This document shows, piece by piece, positions 1-31,602 of a stretch of DNA of 34,176 bases. The position numbers were made by a program, and so were the translations under genes. Source of the DNA: Macrostomum lignano (lineage: Eukaryota). The stretch covers positions 1-34,176 of the forward strand of contig NIVC01002386.1 of the NCBI GenBank assembly GCA_002269645.1. The letters run 5' to 3'. The stretch's first letter is position 1; the number at the start of each line of letters is the position of its first letter. The notes under the pieces were generated by a model. That model had not been told where the DNA came from. It was given only the letters and a program-made list of their open reading frames with translations, and searched no databases.

Positions 1-31
1 TGCTCATGATATCTGGCCACTTGTACGCCAC

Positions 32-11378
<11,347 letters not shown>

Positions 11379-12799
11379 ATCTCTCAATAGTCTCTATTGC
11401 TAGCTTAGAGGCAGCATTTCTGGCACCTTCGGCCCGGCCTGAACCCAGCGGGGGGGAGCAAATTATCTCGGATTATCTCTCGGTAAAAAAATAGCCTTGC
11501 AAAATCCAGACGCCGTTTTGTAATGACAATAGCGGCTCAATATATTGTTCCCCCACCCTGACGTGTCAGCGGTTGCAGCTATCTTTGCAGCCAAACCGGG
11601 GGGGGGGGGCAGCAGATCAGAGAGGAAGGGAAGTGAAGCAAGGGAGTACAGCACAGAGCTGAGCAGCAGAGTGAGGGAGCAGAGCAAGGCTGCCAACTCT
11701 TGCCAGAATCTCTCTCTCTGGCTGGTAGACCGCACTTGACTATAGTGGGCGAAGCTCTGCGAGGGGAGCGGGGCGGGGCAGGAGGCGGAGAGAAAGGCGG
11801 TCAGCATGGCAGGCCTGCGGTGCTCCCCACCCGCCTGCTGCTGAGCTGTAGTACTCACCCTCCGCTCTCCGCCTTCTCCCAGCCAGCCAGAGCTGAGTCC
11901 CACCTTCCTCATCCCCTCCCTACCTCTGCACTCTCCTCTCCCTCGCCTCACCGACCCGGCCCGGGTAAGGGAGGAGGGGGTGGGTGGCCGCAGCTTTGCA
12001 GGCAGCGCTCCAGGCTCAACTTATTGATCCCGAGACATTAGGGGAAGGGCATTGGCGAAGCTGGGAGGGGAGGAGAGGGGAGCTGGGACAGAGGGAGAGA
12101 GAGGGGGGAGAGAGAGTGGCGTGTGGGAGTGCCGAGTGCACTTTTATCATCGGCACTGTATGTGACTGCGATGAGGCCGCTGCCATATATGGAAAGCCCT
12201 AAATATAAATTATAAGACGGCAATTCCGTTTGGCACATAGACATCGCCGACAGCGAAACTGTGCCAGTTTTACACGGTCTAAAATCGGATTATAGTGCGA
12301 TCGGAAACCGTTACACTGCTTTGGAGAAGAGATTGAATCACCGCTGTGTTGTCACTAGAAAATCAAGGTGAATTTTTTACTTTGACTCAACCTTTCTATT
12401 CTGAAAAAATTGTGCTTTTCAACAAGAATTGCTTTGAGAAAGAATTCTACGCTTGTACGAAAGATTTCTTAGAAATCCTTTTTTAAACGCTACTTTATCG
12501 GCTTGATGACAAAAATATCTACCAGTCTACTGTAAGTAGACAGATCGAATTTACATGTTATAAATTAATCTTAATGTCATTACCTGTGATTAGCTAGCAG
12601 CTGCTGGCAGGGAGAAAGAGAGTGGGCTCAATCCAGTTTTGAAGCGGATGAGAACAGGATTTAAGGTGCATTTGGCAACACTCACAGCCCCACCCTGTGC
12701 AAAAGCTGGTAAAGTATACTCGTAGTTACAGAAACGGTGCCGATAAAGTTAGCGGCGACGATAACGTTATAGATGACAGTAAATTGACTGGTGACAGTA

Positions 12800-13170
12800 A
12801 AGTTATAGTACCATACAGGTAACAGTAAAGCAACAGTACCAGGTAACGGTAAAGTTACAGTACCAGGTAACGGTAAAGTTACAGTACTAGGTAACGGTAA
12901 AGCAACAGTACCATGTAACAGTAAAGTTACAGTACCAGGTAACGGTAAAGTTACAGTACTAGGTAACGGTAAAGCAACAGTACCATGTAACAGTAAAGTT
13001 ACAGTACCAGGTAAAGGTAAAGTTACAGTACCAGGTAAAGGTAAAGTTACAGTACCAGGTAAAGGTAAAGTTACAGTACCAGGTAAAGTTAAAGTTACAG
13101 TACCAGGTAAAGGTAAAGTTACAGTACCAGGTAACGGTAAAGTTACAGTACCAGGTAACGGTAAAGTTAC
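12800..13170. repeat. 24-bp minisatellite GGTAACGGTAAAGTTACAGTACCA
   Basis: About 15 copies. Confidence 0.93.
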
Positions 13171-14362
13171 AAGTTAGAGTAACCGCAGGTCACTACAATC
13201 CCAGCAAGTTGCATGCAGCTAGAATTAAAATCCGGACTGCTCACTCAGTCACGCCCGGCTGCCTTCTATCTGTGTGCTTCTCCTTCAGCGTGCGAATGAG
13301 CTCCCTCTGCATTTCTGTGGTTTCAGCGGCAGGTTTGGCGACTTCCGCAGCCTCCGATGGAGACGCCTTGTGAAGAGACCGGGCGAGCAGACTCATGGCA
13401 GCAAAACCGAGCAGCAAGGATTGATTTTGCCTTTTCGCTGCTTCTGCAGTTGCTGCTTCTGTAGTTGCTGCTTCTGTGGTTGCTGCTTCTGTGGTTGCTG
13501 CTTCTGCAGTTGCTGCTTCTGTGGTTGCCGATTCCGCAGTTTCTGCTTCTGTGACTGCCGATTCTGTGGTTTTTTGCTTCTGTGTTTACTGCTTCCGTAT
13601 TTCTAATCTTACTAATTTCTCGCACACTGCTTCACAACTTCTGTTTTCCATTAAGCACTCTGTCCAGACTTCATCTGCCCATCTGTCCATGGCATTGCAG
13701 AGTTTGTCCAAAGTAAATTGAAGCCTCAACTAACAATCCGCCTGTTCTTTTGCAACAACATTCTAATAAGATCGTTTGCGGCAAAAAAAGCAGAAGAAAA
13801 ATCTGAGAACCAGATCAGTCAGCGGAGCAAGTGCAGAATTAGCGATTTAGTCAGTGCGCCATTCTTAACGCCGTGTCTCCTGGAACTCGTTCCCTCGTTC
13901 ACCCCCCCCCCCTAAACTGGCTTACCTCTGATTGCTTCTCACGGATAGGGAGGGAGGAAGCTCTGTGCGCTCGGTTTTGGGAAGTCCGCTGGCTTCAAAT
14001 TGGGATAATCATGTGCCGCACTGGCGGTGAAAGAACAGGGGGGGGGGGTCGGGGAGGGAGAGCGGCGCCCGCGAGTAGGAGAAAGAAATCTCCCCTGAGT
14101 ACGAAGTAAGAAGACGCGGCGGCAACGAAACTTGGGAAGTCTTTGGCATGCCCCCCCCAAATCGACTTCACCTCAGTTCAGCCTGTACAATAGCTGTTAA
14201 GCGTCTGGTGCAGCCAGGCTTTATGGGAACATTATTAGTGCTGGAGCACTGGATGAGAAATTTGGTGCAATTTATTTCCATGGCATGAAATATCGCTTCT
14301 GTTATAAAGCTGTAGACAAAAATAGCTTTTGAAAGTCAATGACTTGATTCAAGTACTTGCTA

Positions 14363-14950
14363 ACCCCTCTGCATCTACCCCTCTGCATCTACCCCTCTGC
14401 ATCTACCCCTCTGCATCTACCCCTCTGCATCTACCCCTCTGCATCTACCCCTCTGCATCTACCCCTCTGCATCTACCCCTCTGCATCTACCCCTCTGCAT
14501 ACCCCTCTGCATACCCCTCTGCATCTACCCCTCTGCATCTACCCCTCTGCATACTCCTCTGCATACCCCTCTGCATCTACCCCTCTGCATACTCCTCTGC
14601 ATACCCCTCTGCATCTACCCCTCTGCATACCCCTCTGCATACCCCTCTGTATACCCCTCTGCATACCCCTCTGCATCTACCCCTCTGCATACCCCTCTGC
14701 ATCTACCCCTCTGCATCTACCCCTCTGCATCTACCTCTCTGCATACCCCTCTGCATACCCCTCTGCATCTACCCCTCTGCATACTCCTCTGCATCTACCC
14801 CTCTGCATTTACCCCTCTGCACCTACCCCTCTGCATCTACCCCTCAACATCTACCCCTCAACATCTACCCCTCAACATCTACCCCTCTGTATCTACCCCA
14901 AAGCATCATCTACCCCTCAACATCTACCCCTCAACATCTACCCCTCTACA
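14363..14950. repeat. 12/14-bp pyrimidine-rich minisatellite (TC)TACCCCTCTGCA
   Basis: Direct reading; explains ORFs 14329-15105 and 14357-15040. Confidence 0.95.
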
Positions 14951-15384
14951 CCCACCCCGCTACAGCACCCCTTCAATTTCTACCTTGCTTCATCATCCCT
15001 TTTCCCTCTCTTCTCCTTCCGTTCATTTTTGTTCCAATAAAAATAAAGATTTTGCTAGTCATTTCCCTTATTTTCTTCCCGAAGTTTTCTAGACAGGAAA
15101 TCTGAGCAAAATATGCCAGACGGCTCAATAATCCCCAAGGCCTCAAAGCTGATTAGTCCTCTGCACAAAAATTCGGATATGAAATTGGACTCAGGCCAAA
15201 TGACTGACTGAATCCCGACTGTCTAATAAGGACTGGAGAACTAAAAATGGCCAAACTAAAAATTGAAGTTCTACTTTTGAATAGTTTTTGCTTTGATCAA
15301 TGCATATAAGTTGCGAATATAGACTTCCCGTTTCGCTATTGCCAAAAGGAAATTTTTAATGAGGAAATATTTCGAATTTTTTAC

Positions 15385-15555
15385 ATTGGACCAAGCTTGC
15401 ATCACATGGGACCAAGCTTACATCACATGAGACCAAGCTTACATCACATGGGACCAAGCTTACATCACATGAGACCAAGCTTACATCACATTGGACCAAG
15501 CTTGCATCACATGAGACCAAGCTTGCATCACATTGGACCAAGCATACATCACGGA
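15385..15555. repeat. 21-bp repeat GACCAAGCTTACATCACATGA, ~8 copies
   Basis: Direct reading. Confidence 0.92.
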
Positions 15556-15557
15556 TC

Positions 15558-18043
15558 AAGCTTCAATGGATTCTGATTAAGCTTCAATGGATTCTAATTA
15601 AGCTTCAATGGATTCTAATTAAGCTTCAATCGATTTTGATTAAGCTTCAATGGATTCTAATTAAGCTTCAATCGATTTTGATTAAGCTTCAATGGATTCT
15701 CATGAAGCTTCAATCGATTTTGATTAAGCTTCCTTCAATCGATTTTGATTAAGCTTCCTTCAATCGATTCTCATTAAGCTTCAATCGATTCTGGTTAAGC
15801 TTCAATTGATTCTGATTAAGCTTCAGTCAATTCTGATTAAGCTTCAATGGATTCTCATTAAGCTTCAATTGATTCTGATTAAGCTTCAATGAATTCTCAT
15901 TAAGCTTCAATGAATTCTCATTAAGCTTCAATCGATTCTGATTAAGCTTCAATGGATTCTAATTAAGCTTCAATCGATTTTGATTAAGCTTCAATGGATT
16001 CTAATTAAGCTTCAATCGATTTTGATTAAGCTTCAATGGATTCTCATGAAGCTTCAATCGATTTTGATTAAGCTTCCTTCAATCGATTTTGATTAAGCTT
16101 CCTTCAATCGATTCTCATTAAGCTTCAATCGATTCTGATTAAGCTTCAATGGATTCTGATTAAGCTTCAATGGATTCTAATTAAGCTTCAATCGATTTTG
16201 ATTAAGCTTCAATGGATTCTCATGAAGCTTCAATCGATTTTGATTAAGCTTCCTTCAATCGATTCTCATTAAGCTTTAATCGATTCTGGTTAAGCTTCAA
16301 TGGATTCTGATTAAGCTTCAGTCAATTCTGATTAAGCTTCAATGGATTCTCATGAAGCTTCAATCGATTTTGATTAAGCTTCCTTCAATCGATTTTGATT
16401 AAGCTTCCTTCAATCGATTCTCATTAAGCTTTAATCGATTCTGGTTAAGCTTCAATGGATTCTGATTAAGCTTCAGTCAATTCTGATTAAGCTTCAATGG
16501 ATTCTCATTAAGCTTCAATTGATTCTGATTAAGCTTCAATGAATTCTCATTAAGCTTCAATGAATTCTCATTAAGCTTCAATCGATTCTGATTAAGCTTC
16601 AATGGATTCTTATTAAGCTTCAATGGATTCTAATTAAGCTTCAATCGATTTTGATTAAGCTTCAATGGATTCTCATGAAGCTTCAATCGATTTTGATTAA
16701 GCTTCCTTCAATCGATTTTGATTAAGCTTCCTTCAATCGATTCTCATTAAGCTTTAATCGATTCTGGTTAAGCTTCAATGGATTCTGATTAAGCTTCAGT
16801 CAATTCTGATTAAGCTTCAATGGATTCTCATTAAGCTTCAATTGATTCTGATTAAGCTTCAATGAATTCTCATTAAGCTTCAATGAATTCTCATTAAGCT
16901 TCAATCGATTCTGATTAAGCTTCAATGGATTCTTATTAAGCTTCAATCGATTCTGATTAAGCTTCAATGGATTCTCATTAAGCTTCAATTGATTCTGATT
17001 AAGCTTCAATTTAATGGATTCTCATTAAGCTTCAATCGATTCTGATTAAGCTTCAATGGATTCTCATTAAGCTTCAATTGATTCTGATTAAGCTTCAATG
17101 AATTCTCATTAAGCTTCAATGGATTCTCATTAAGCTTCAATGGATTCTGATTAAGCTTCAATGGATTCTGATTAAGCTTCAATGGATTCTGATTAAGCTT
17201 CAATCGATTCTGATTAAGCTTCAATGGATTTTGATTAAGCTTCAATCGATTTTGATTAAGCTTCAATCGATTTTTTATTAAGCTTCAATCCATTCTGATT
17301 AAGCTTCAATCGTTTTTTATAAAGCTTCCTTCAATGGATTCTGATTAAGCTTCAATGGATTCTGATTAAGCTTCAATCGATTTTGATAAAGCTTCAATCG
17401 ATTTTGATAAAGCTTCCTTCAATGGATTCTGATTAAGCTTCAATGGATTCTGATTAAGCTTCAATCGATTTTGATAAAGCTTCCTTCAATGGATTCTGAT
17501 TAAGCTTCAATGGATTCTGATTAAGCTTCAATCGATTCTGATTAAGCTTCCTTCAATCGATTCTGATTATGCTTCAATCAGTTTTGATTAAGCCTCAATC
17601 GGTTCTGATTAAGCTTCAATCGATTCTGATTACGCTTCCTTCAATCGATTTTGATTAAGCTTCAATCAGTTTTGATTAAGCCTCAATCGGTTCTGATTAA
17701 GCTTCAATCGATTCTGATTAAGCTTCAATAGATTCTGATTAAGCTTCAATGGATTTCGATTAAGCCTCAATCGGTTCTGATTAAGCTTCAATGGATTCTG
17801 ATTAAGCTTCAATGGATTTCGATTAAGCCTCAATCGGTTCTGATTAAGCTTCAATGGATTCTGATTAAGCTTCAATGGATTTCGATTAAGCCTCAATCGG
17901 TTCTGATTAAGCTTCAATGGATTCTGATTAAGCTCCAATGGATTTCGATTAAGCCTCAATCGGTTCTGATTAAGCTTCAATGGATTCTGATTAAGCTTCA
18001 ATGGATTTCGATTAAGCCTCAATCGGTTCTGATTAAGCTTCAG
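15558..18043. repeat. 2.5-kb 21-bp satellite AAGCTTCAAT(G/C)GATTCTGATT with 25-bp variants and higher-order blocks
   Basis: About 118 units; explains the KLNQNPL ORFs. Confidence 0.97.
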
Positions 18044-18147
18044 TCAGTTGTGTAAATTTAAATGCATGTCTATGGCCTACCAAATCGGTATTCTCATCCT
18101 CTATTTACTGCATAACATCTGAAATCATACGAATATTTATTTTTCAG

Positions 18148-18720
18148 CTAGCCATCAACAAGCGCAGCTCGTCACCAATGGGGCTGCTTCGGCGTCGCAC
18201 CAACGTGCTGCTTGGCCACTACAGTCTCCATCCGTTTCAGCACCGGCATCAGCACCTGCATCAGCAGGTGCATCAGCACCAGCAGCTTCAGCACCTGCTC
18301 TTCTCAGCCTCCAACGCAACCCTGTCCCGCTATCCCTACGAGAGAGCCGCGCTGCCCCGGCTGAGCGATGGCCAGCGCCGCCTGCGATTTCTAAATTTTG
18401 CGCTCATCATCCTAGCCTTCAGCACCGCCTACGCCGTCTTCATCCTGCGCTGCATCCAGTTCGGCCAGGTGCTCACAACCGGCCAGAACAGCGCCGTCGA
18501 GCTCGCCTGCATCGCCGGATTGGCCAGTTCCGGTTTCCTCCACGCCGTCTGCCTGCTGGTGCAGCTGATGGACAATCGGCGACAGAGACTGCCGGGAGGC
18601 TGCTGCTGGGGCCTCTGCGGCTGCTGCGCCAGGCCCGGCGGGGACGACCTGGCGTCCAACAGATCGCCGGGGTCGGAGACGGCGAGCAGCGGAGCGGCGT
18701 CTCTGATGACCGCAGCTTGA
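18148..18720 (+). CDS. Orphan predicted two-pass membrane protein (terminal or single coding exon), His/Gln-rich N-terminus, Cys-rich juxtamembrane tail
   Basis: Acceptor TTTTCAG| at 18147 in frame with ATG 18178; GC-rich coding-like composition against AT-rich flanks; hydrophobic segments FLNFALIILAFSTAYAVFIL and LACIAGLASSGFLHAVCLLVQL; AATAAA at 18849-18854. Confidence 0.65.
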   Translation, partial: LAINKRSSSPMGLLRRRTNVLLGHYSLHPFQHRHQHLHQQVHQHQQLQHLLFSASNATLSRYPYERAALPRLSDGQRRLRFLNFALIILAFSTAYAVFILRCIQFGQVLTTGQNSAVELACIAGLASSGFLHAVCLLVQLMDNRRQRLPGGCCWGLCGCCARPGGDDLASNRSPGSETASSGAASLMTAA

Positions 18721-18886
18721 CAGTTTCTCTGTGGCTCCAATTAGTTCATTAGATTGAATTATTTCATTAGACAAGCTAAGGCTAGCGGCTGCTCTTCAAT
18801 AAGTAGGACTGTAGTTTCCAATATAATGTTTTAGTTTTAGTTTTTGCTAATAAAGCTGTATGTATCACTGCATTTTGAGACCCAGA

Positions 18887-19086
18887 GAGGTGTCAGACCC
18901 GCCATGTCAGACTGGGAGAGGCGTCAGACCCGCCATGTCAGACTGGGAGAGGCATCAGACCCGCCATGTCAGACTGGGAGAGGCGTCAGGCCCGCCATGT
19001 CAGACTGGGAGAGGCATCAGACCCGCCATGTCAGACTGGGAGAGGCGTCAGACCCGCCATGTCAGACTGGGAGAGGCGTCAGGCCC
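18887..19086. repeat. 31-bp minisatellite GCCATGTCAGACTGGGAGAGGCGTCAGACCC, ~6.5 copies
   Basis: GCCATG at 18901, 18932, and so on; downstream of the orphan TM ORF. Confidence 0.95.
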
Positions 19087-19853
19087 AGTCTATCTGTTTT
19101 CTAAGGTCACAAAAGTTTTTTATATCAAAGCGTCATACACAAATCACTCACTCTCTCGCAGATAGACGAAATTCATTTTGTTTAAATTAATCAATTCACA
19201 AGACACAGGCCGTCAGTGGTTAGTGGTTAAGAAACAGCTAGTTCTAAGTGTACGCACAGCAGGAAGTGCTTTCTCGATATAATAATCCGTTACCTACAAA
19301 ATCAAGTCCAAGGAAAAAATGGCGTCTTTTTTAAATATAGCAGAAAGCTTGCACGGGTTCTAATGAAAACGAAGCCTAAATAAAACTTGGAGCAGTTTAT
19401 AAAAATGGAAACTAATTCTACTACTAAAAGTAACATAGTAAAATACTTTGCATATTATAAAAAATCTTGGCGTAAGAATAAAATGGAAGAAAGCATTGCA
19501 CAAACTATCAACGATGAAAAAGGCGCGATGTAAATGTACTCCGAATTTGAGTCAGAATTGGAAATGATTGCACTGAAGTTATAGTCTGATAAATATTATG
19601 TCACAAATATTTGTAATTGGCAATGCTTAGTGTGGTGTACATTTTTTCAAGAAAAAATTGCACCATTAAACACGGAAAGTCCAAAAGTCCAAAGTTAAAC
19701 ACGTAGAGAATTTCTACGAAATCCATAGCTATCTTACTTCACAAAATCTGTAAAAGTGCGTTGGAAATCCAACGGTAAAGATGATGAGCTTAGTGACTAC
19801 GAGCGTATCTGAAGATATGATGGATTCGACCATGCAGTCAGTAGAATGCTGCA

Positions 19854-21472
<1,619 letters not shown>

Positions 21473-23110
21473 TCAGCTTATATATAGCAGCTTTTATGTG
21501 CATTAGATTGTTGATATATAATTCAATTGATTGAGGCCTAAGTTGAATGCAGTAGTTCTATATCCTAGAATATTAATGACTGAGAGATTGCAACGAGTCA
21601 AGTATTTAAAAAAATTCAAACATTTTTACGTAAATTAAATATACAACCTCTGTAAACTTCAAAACCTTTGTGAGAACAAATCAAATAGGCATTAGATTGA
21701 ACTCAGAAATCCAGAACTAGTGGCAAGTTTAACAATAAGTATAAAATTTGGTGCATAAGTCATAGCCTATCCCTATCGAAATTCATTTATTTTTTTTCTA
21801 TGCAACCCAACCACTAATGCATTAACTTTTTTCCAAATGAGAAGGTTTGATTAGTATTTTGAGTGTCACAGGCAAGAAGGATTGCAGTAGCGACTAGAGT
21901 CTGACACTGATCAAAAAGAGATTTTTGTAACCAATAAATATAGCTAAATTGAAAACACATTTGAATTAAGTAAACCTAAAACTTGTCATTAGAAAAAGAC
22001 AATGATACAGACTGATTGGCACAATTGCCGAACAAAGAAAAAATATTAATCAAATAATCAAATAAATGTAATTGATTTGTTGCGACACGCAAATATGACC
22101 CGTGAGTTTTTTAAATGCTAATGCTTAAACACACTGTGAATGCATTGAGTATTTCCTCTTCTTATTGCATATAAACGAATAAAAATGTTGCTCGCTGATT
22201 GTTAACTATAATCTAAGATATTTTTAATAATGCATTTGACTTTTTGACATTTAAATCACGTGATTACATTGCGAACGTAACGTTTAATCAAAAACTTTGT
22301 ACATAAGTCCAATTATGAGTCTAAAAACAATAAAATATTGGTTCTTTTGTAAATACTTATATCCGACTGTCTGTTCGAAAAAATTTTTCTGAAGAATTAT
22401 CAAAGCAATTATTAGCGTCTTTAAAATTCAACATTGGTTCATTCTGAATATTTTCTGCAGTCGATTAAGATAATTTTTATAGTCTACACCAAAGTCTACA
22501 CCCAAAAGTTATCAAAAAATATACCGGTAGATCCCTATATCGTATAGCTATATAGTAATTATTCACAAAAGCATTTTTAATTTTAAAAATAAATGTTTTG
22601 CAGGCAAAAATAAATTGATTCGCATGGATACATAAATAGATTGACTTTTTTGTATTCATATCCATATCCATATCCATGTATTTTAAGATAAAATTACATG
22701 CATTATTATTTTAATAGAGGGTCTGGTGGCATGATATTTTACGGCTCTCTTATTAAATTTTCTACCTTTTCATTCTACACCATCTATATACAAATTAATA
22801 GCAAAATAATAATGCTGGGAAATCCTGTGTAAATTTAAAGTTTAATTTTGAAGGCTGATCTAAGAATTAAAAGTTTATGTTTGATGCACTCAAACTATAC
22901 TAACCAGGAATTTGTTATTTATTAATTTGTAATCATTCAAATGTAAAGTAATATATATAAGTTAAACAGTAATTTTTTAAAAATAGATCTTTTCAGAATC
23001 AGATTTGCCTTATGCTGTTATCTAGTATTTACATTATGCTTATAATTCCCGAACTATTTGACTATAAAGACGAATCGGCTGTTTATCTGATTCAGATTTC
23101 CTGAGTTGAA

Positions 23111-29450
<6,340 letters not shown>

Positions 29451-29956
29451 CCAGTTTCTTCAATAACTTGTCAAATGGGTTGAGAGAATCGAATCATCCT
29501 TTCAGTTTCAGCTAGTCACTGCAAACAGGCATGCTAGAATAATTTCTTTGAAGCAATCCATTTGGATTGGAATAAAGACTGAATAAAGATTACCTCCTAA
29601 TTGCAGAATGATAACTAAGGGCGGGGCGCTTTCGCAACGCCAAAATTTCAAAAACATTGAAAATCCAAAAGTCAGCTGCATAGGGAGTACTTCACAATGC
29701 CGAAATTTCACATCGAATTTGTGACATCTCATATAGACGCTCGTAACTAGAGTGCAATTCGGCGTGAAAATCCGGTGTTTTTGATAAAGGCTTATCAATT
29801 TTTTCGTCGGCAATCAAGCCCGCCAATCACCTCTCCAATTTCGTGGCGCTGTTATAGCCAGCGACTTCCAATCAACCTTCCGCGCGGTAAGAGATGGTTT
29901 AGCTTATCTATTGTCTCATCGACCGTCAACCCCACCAGCCACCCCCCTCAAATTGA

Positions 29957-30500
29957 GTGGCGCTGTTAGCTAGCGACTTTCAGCCAACCCTTCTGCGCGG
30001 GTAAGAGATGGTTGAAGCTTATCGATTTTAGTGGCGCTGTTAGCTAGCGACTTTCAGCCAACCCTTCTGCGCGGGTAAGAGATGGTTGAAGCTTATCGAT
30101 TTTAGTGGCGCTGTTAGCTAGCGACTTTCAGCCAACCCTTCTGCGCGGGTAAGAGATGGTTGAAGCTTATCGATTTTAGTGGCGCTGTTAGCTAGCGACT
30201 TTCAGCCAACCCTTCTGCGCGGTAAGAGATGGTTGAAGCTTATCGATTTTAGTGGCGCTGTTAGCTAGCGACTTTCAGCCAACCCTTCTGCGCGGGTAAG
30301 AGATGGTTGAAGCTTATCGATTTTAGTGGCGCTGTTAGCTAGCGACTTTCAGCCAACCCTTCTGCGCGGGTAAGAGATGGTTGAAGCTTATCGATTTTAG
30401 TGGCGCTGTTAGCTAGCGACTTTCAGCCAACCCTTCTGCGCGGGTAAGAGATGGTTGAAGCTTATCGATTTTAGTGGCTGTAGCTACGACTTTCAGCGTT
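29957..30500. repeat. 74-bp minisatellite, ~7 near-identical copies, plus a diverged copy at ~29840-29930
   Basis: GTAAGAGATGG at 30001, 30075, 30149, and so on. Confidence 0.95.
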
Positions 30501-31432
30501 CGCGCGTCATCGATTTTTTCGTCCCAACCCCCCTCTATTTTTTGCAAACGCCGCTAACCCATACTTAATTACCCCTCGGTTTTGCATGGTGGATTCGCCT
30601 TATCTATTTTAAAGGCTAAGCTCTATACGAGTTTTCCTACCCCTGACGATCCCTGGAATTAATGTGATGCCTGTCCTGCCAAAATATATTTGAGATTGAG
30701 ACTAGGAGCGAATAATACTTCTAAGAGTATGCATAGCAGGGCGCATGATTTTATCTCTGGCAGATTTGCAATGGTTTTTTTTGTTGGAATGAGTCAGAAA
30801 TGTACTACAAATTGACTGTTCATATTATGCTTGAATATACATGCTACGTGAAAAGAAAATCGAATACTTGTCTCATGGTTGTTTTGTAACTAAATGCTTT
30901 ATACTTCTAACTCGCTACGTTTTCTCATGTAGCACTGTAGCATTGGTTGTAGCTCGTAATTTTATTAAACAAAAAAATAGCAACGTAACGCAACACAACG
31001 TAATGCGCCACTGTAAAATATGTTGGACTTCATTTCACCAATACCTTTTCAATGGATGTTTGAAATGACTAACGTTTACTGTTGTTGCTCTTTCACTTTT
31101 GCAATGTAAATGCTGATTAGTTGGTTCAGTGTATTCTTATGCAGAATTTTTTCAATCAACAAATAATAATACAGGAATCAAGAAACATAAACGCCTAAAA
31201 TTATTAATATCAAAAAATTTCTGAAAATTCTGAAACAAAATAAGGAAGGTTGCATAAGGGTTGTTATTCATTTTGTCTATGGCTTTAAACTGATAGCAGG
31301 GCTCTATTAAAAATGACGTTTGTCAGCTACTATGAGAGACTCGGCTCTTTTTCTATTTGTGAAAATAAAAAACGGCGTTATAGAAGATATAGATAAGAGA
31401 AAAGCATGAGCTATCCCACAGCCTTGCTACAG

Positions 31433-31602
31433 GCGACTTCGGACCAGTCAAAGAACCTGGCAACGACGTGGAACAGTTCGACGGACGTATTGAGGTGGCA
31501 GCATTTGTGTTCACCTGCCTAGTCATGGCCTTAGTGTTCGGCCTTGTGTACTGGAATCGAGCCCGGCAGACTGCGCGAACAACTCTTCCAATTGGCCTTT
31601 GA
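31433..31602 (+). CDS. Orphan terminal exon encoding one transmembrane helix and a short basic tail
   Basis: Acceptor CCTTGCTACAG|; reads DFGPVKEPGNDVEQFDGRIEVAAFVFTCLVMALVFGLVYWNRARQTARTTLPIGL*; no in-frame ATG before the upstream stop at 31390; GC-richer than its flanks. Confidence 0.5.

Noticed and set aside
16800-18022. KLNQNPL heptad ORFs resembling a coiled coil
   Set aside because: They are by-products of the 21-bp satellite, with no unique flanking coding sequence or splice support.
29957-30500. Regular 74-bp array as a CRISPR, and its AAGCTTATCGAT as vector polylinker
   Set aside because: The units are contiguous with no unique spacers, the context is eukaryotic with no cas genes, and the HindIII-ClaI match is only 12 bp embedded in a native repeat with a diverged flanking copy.
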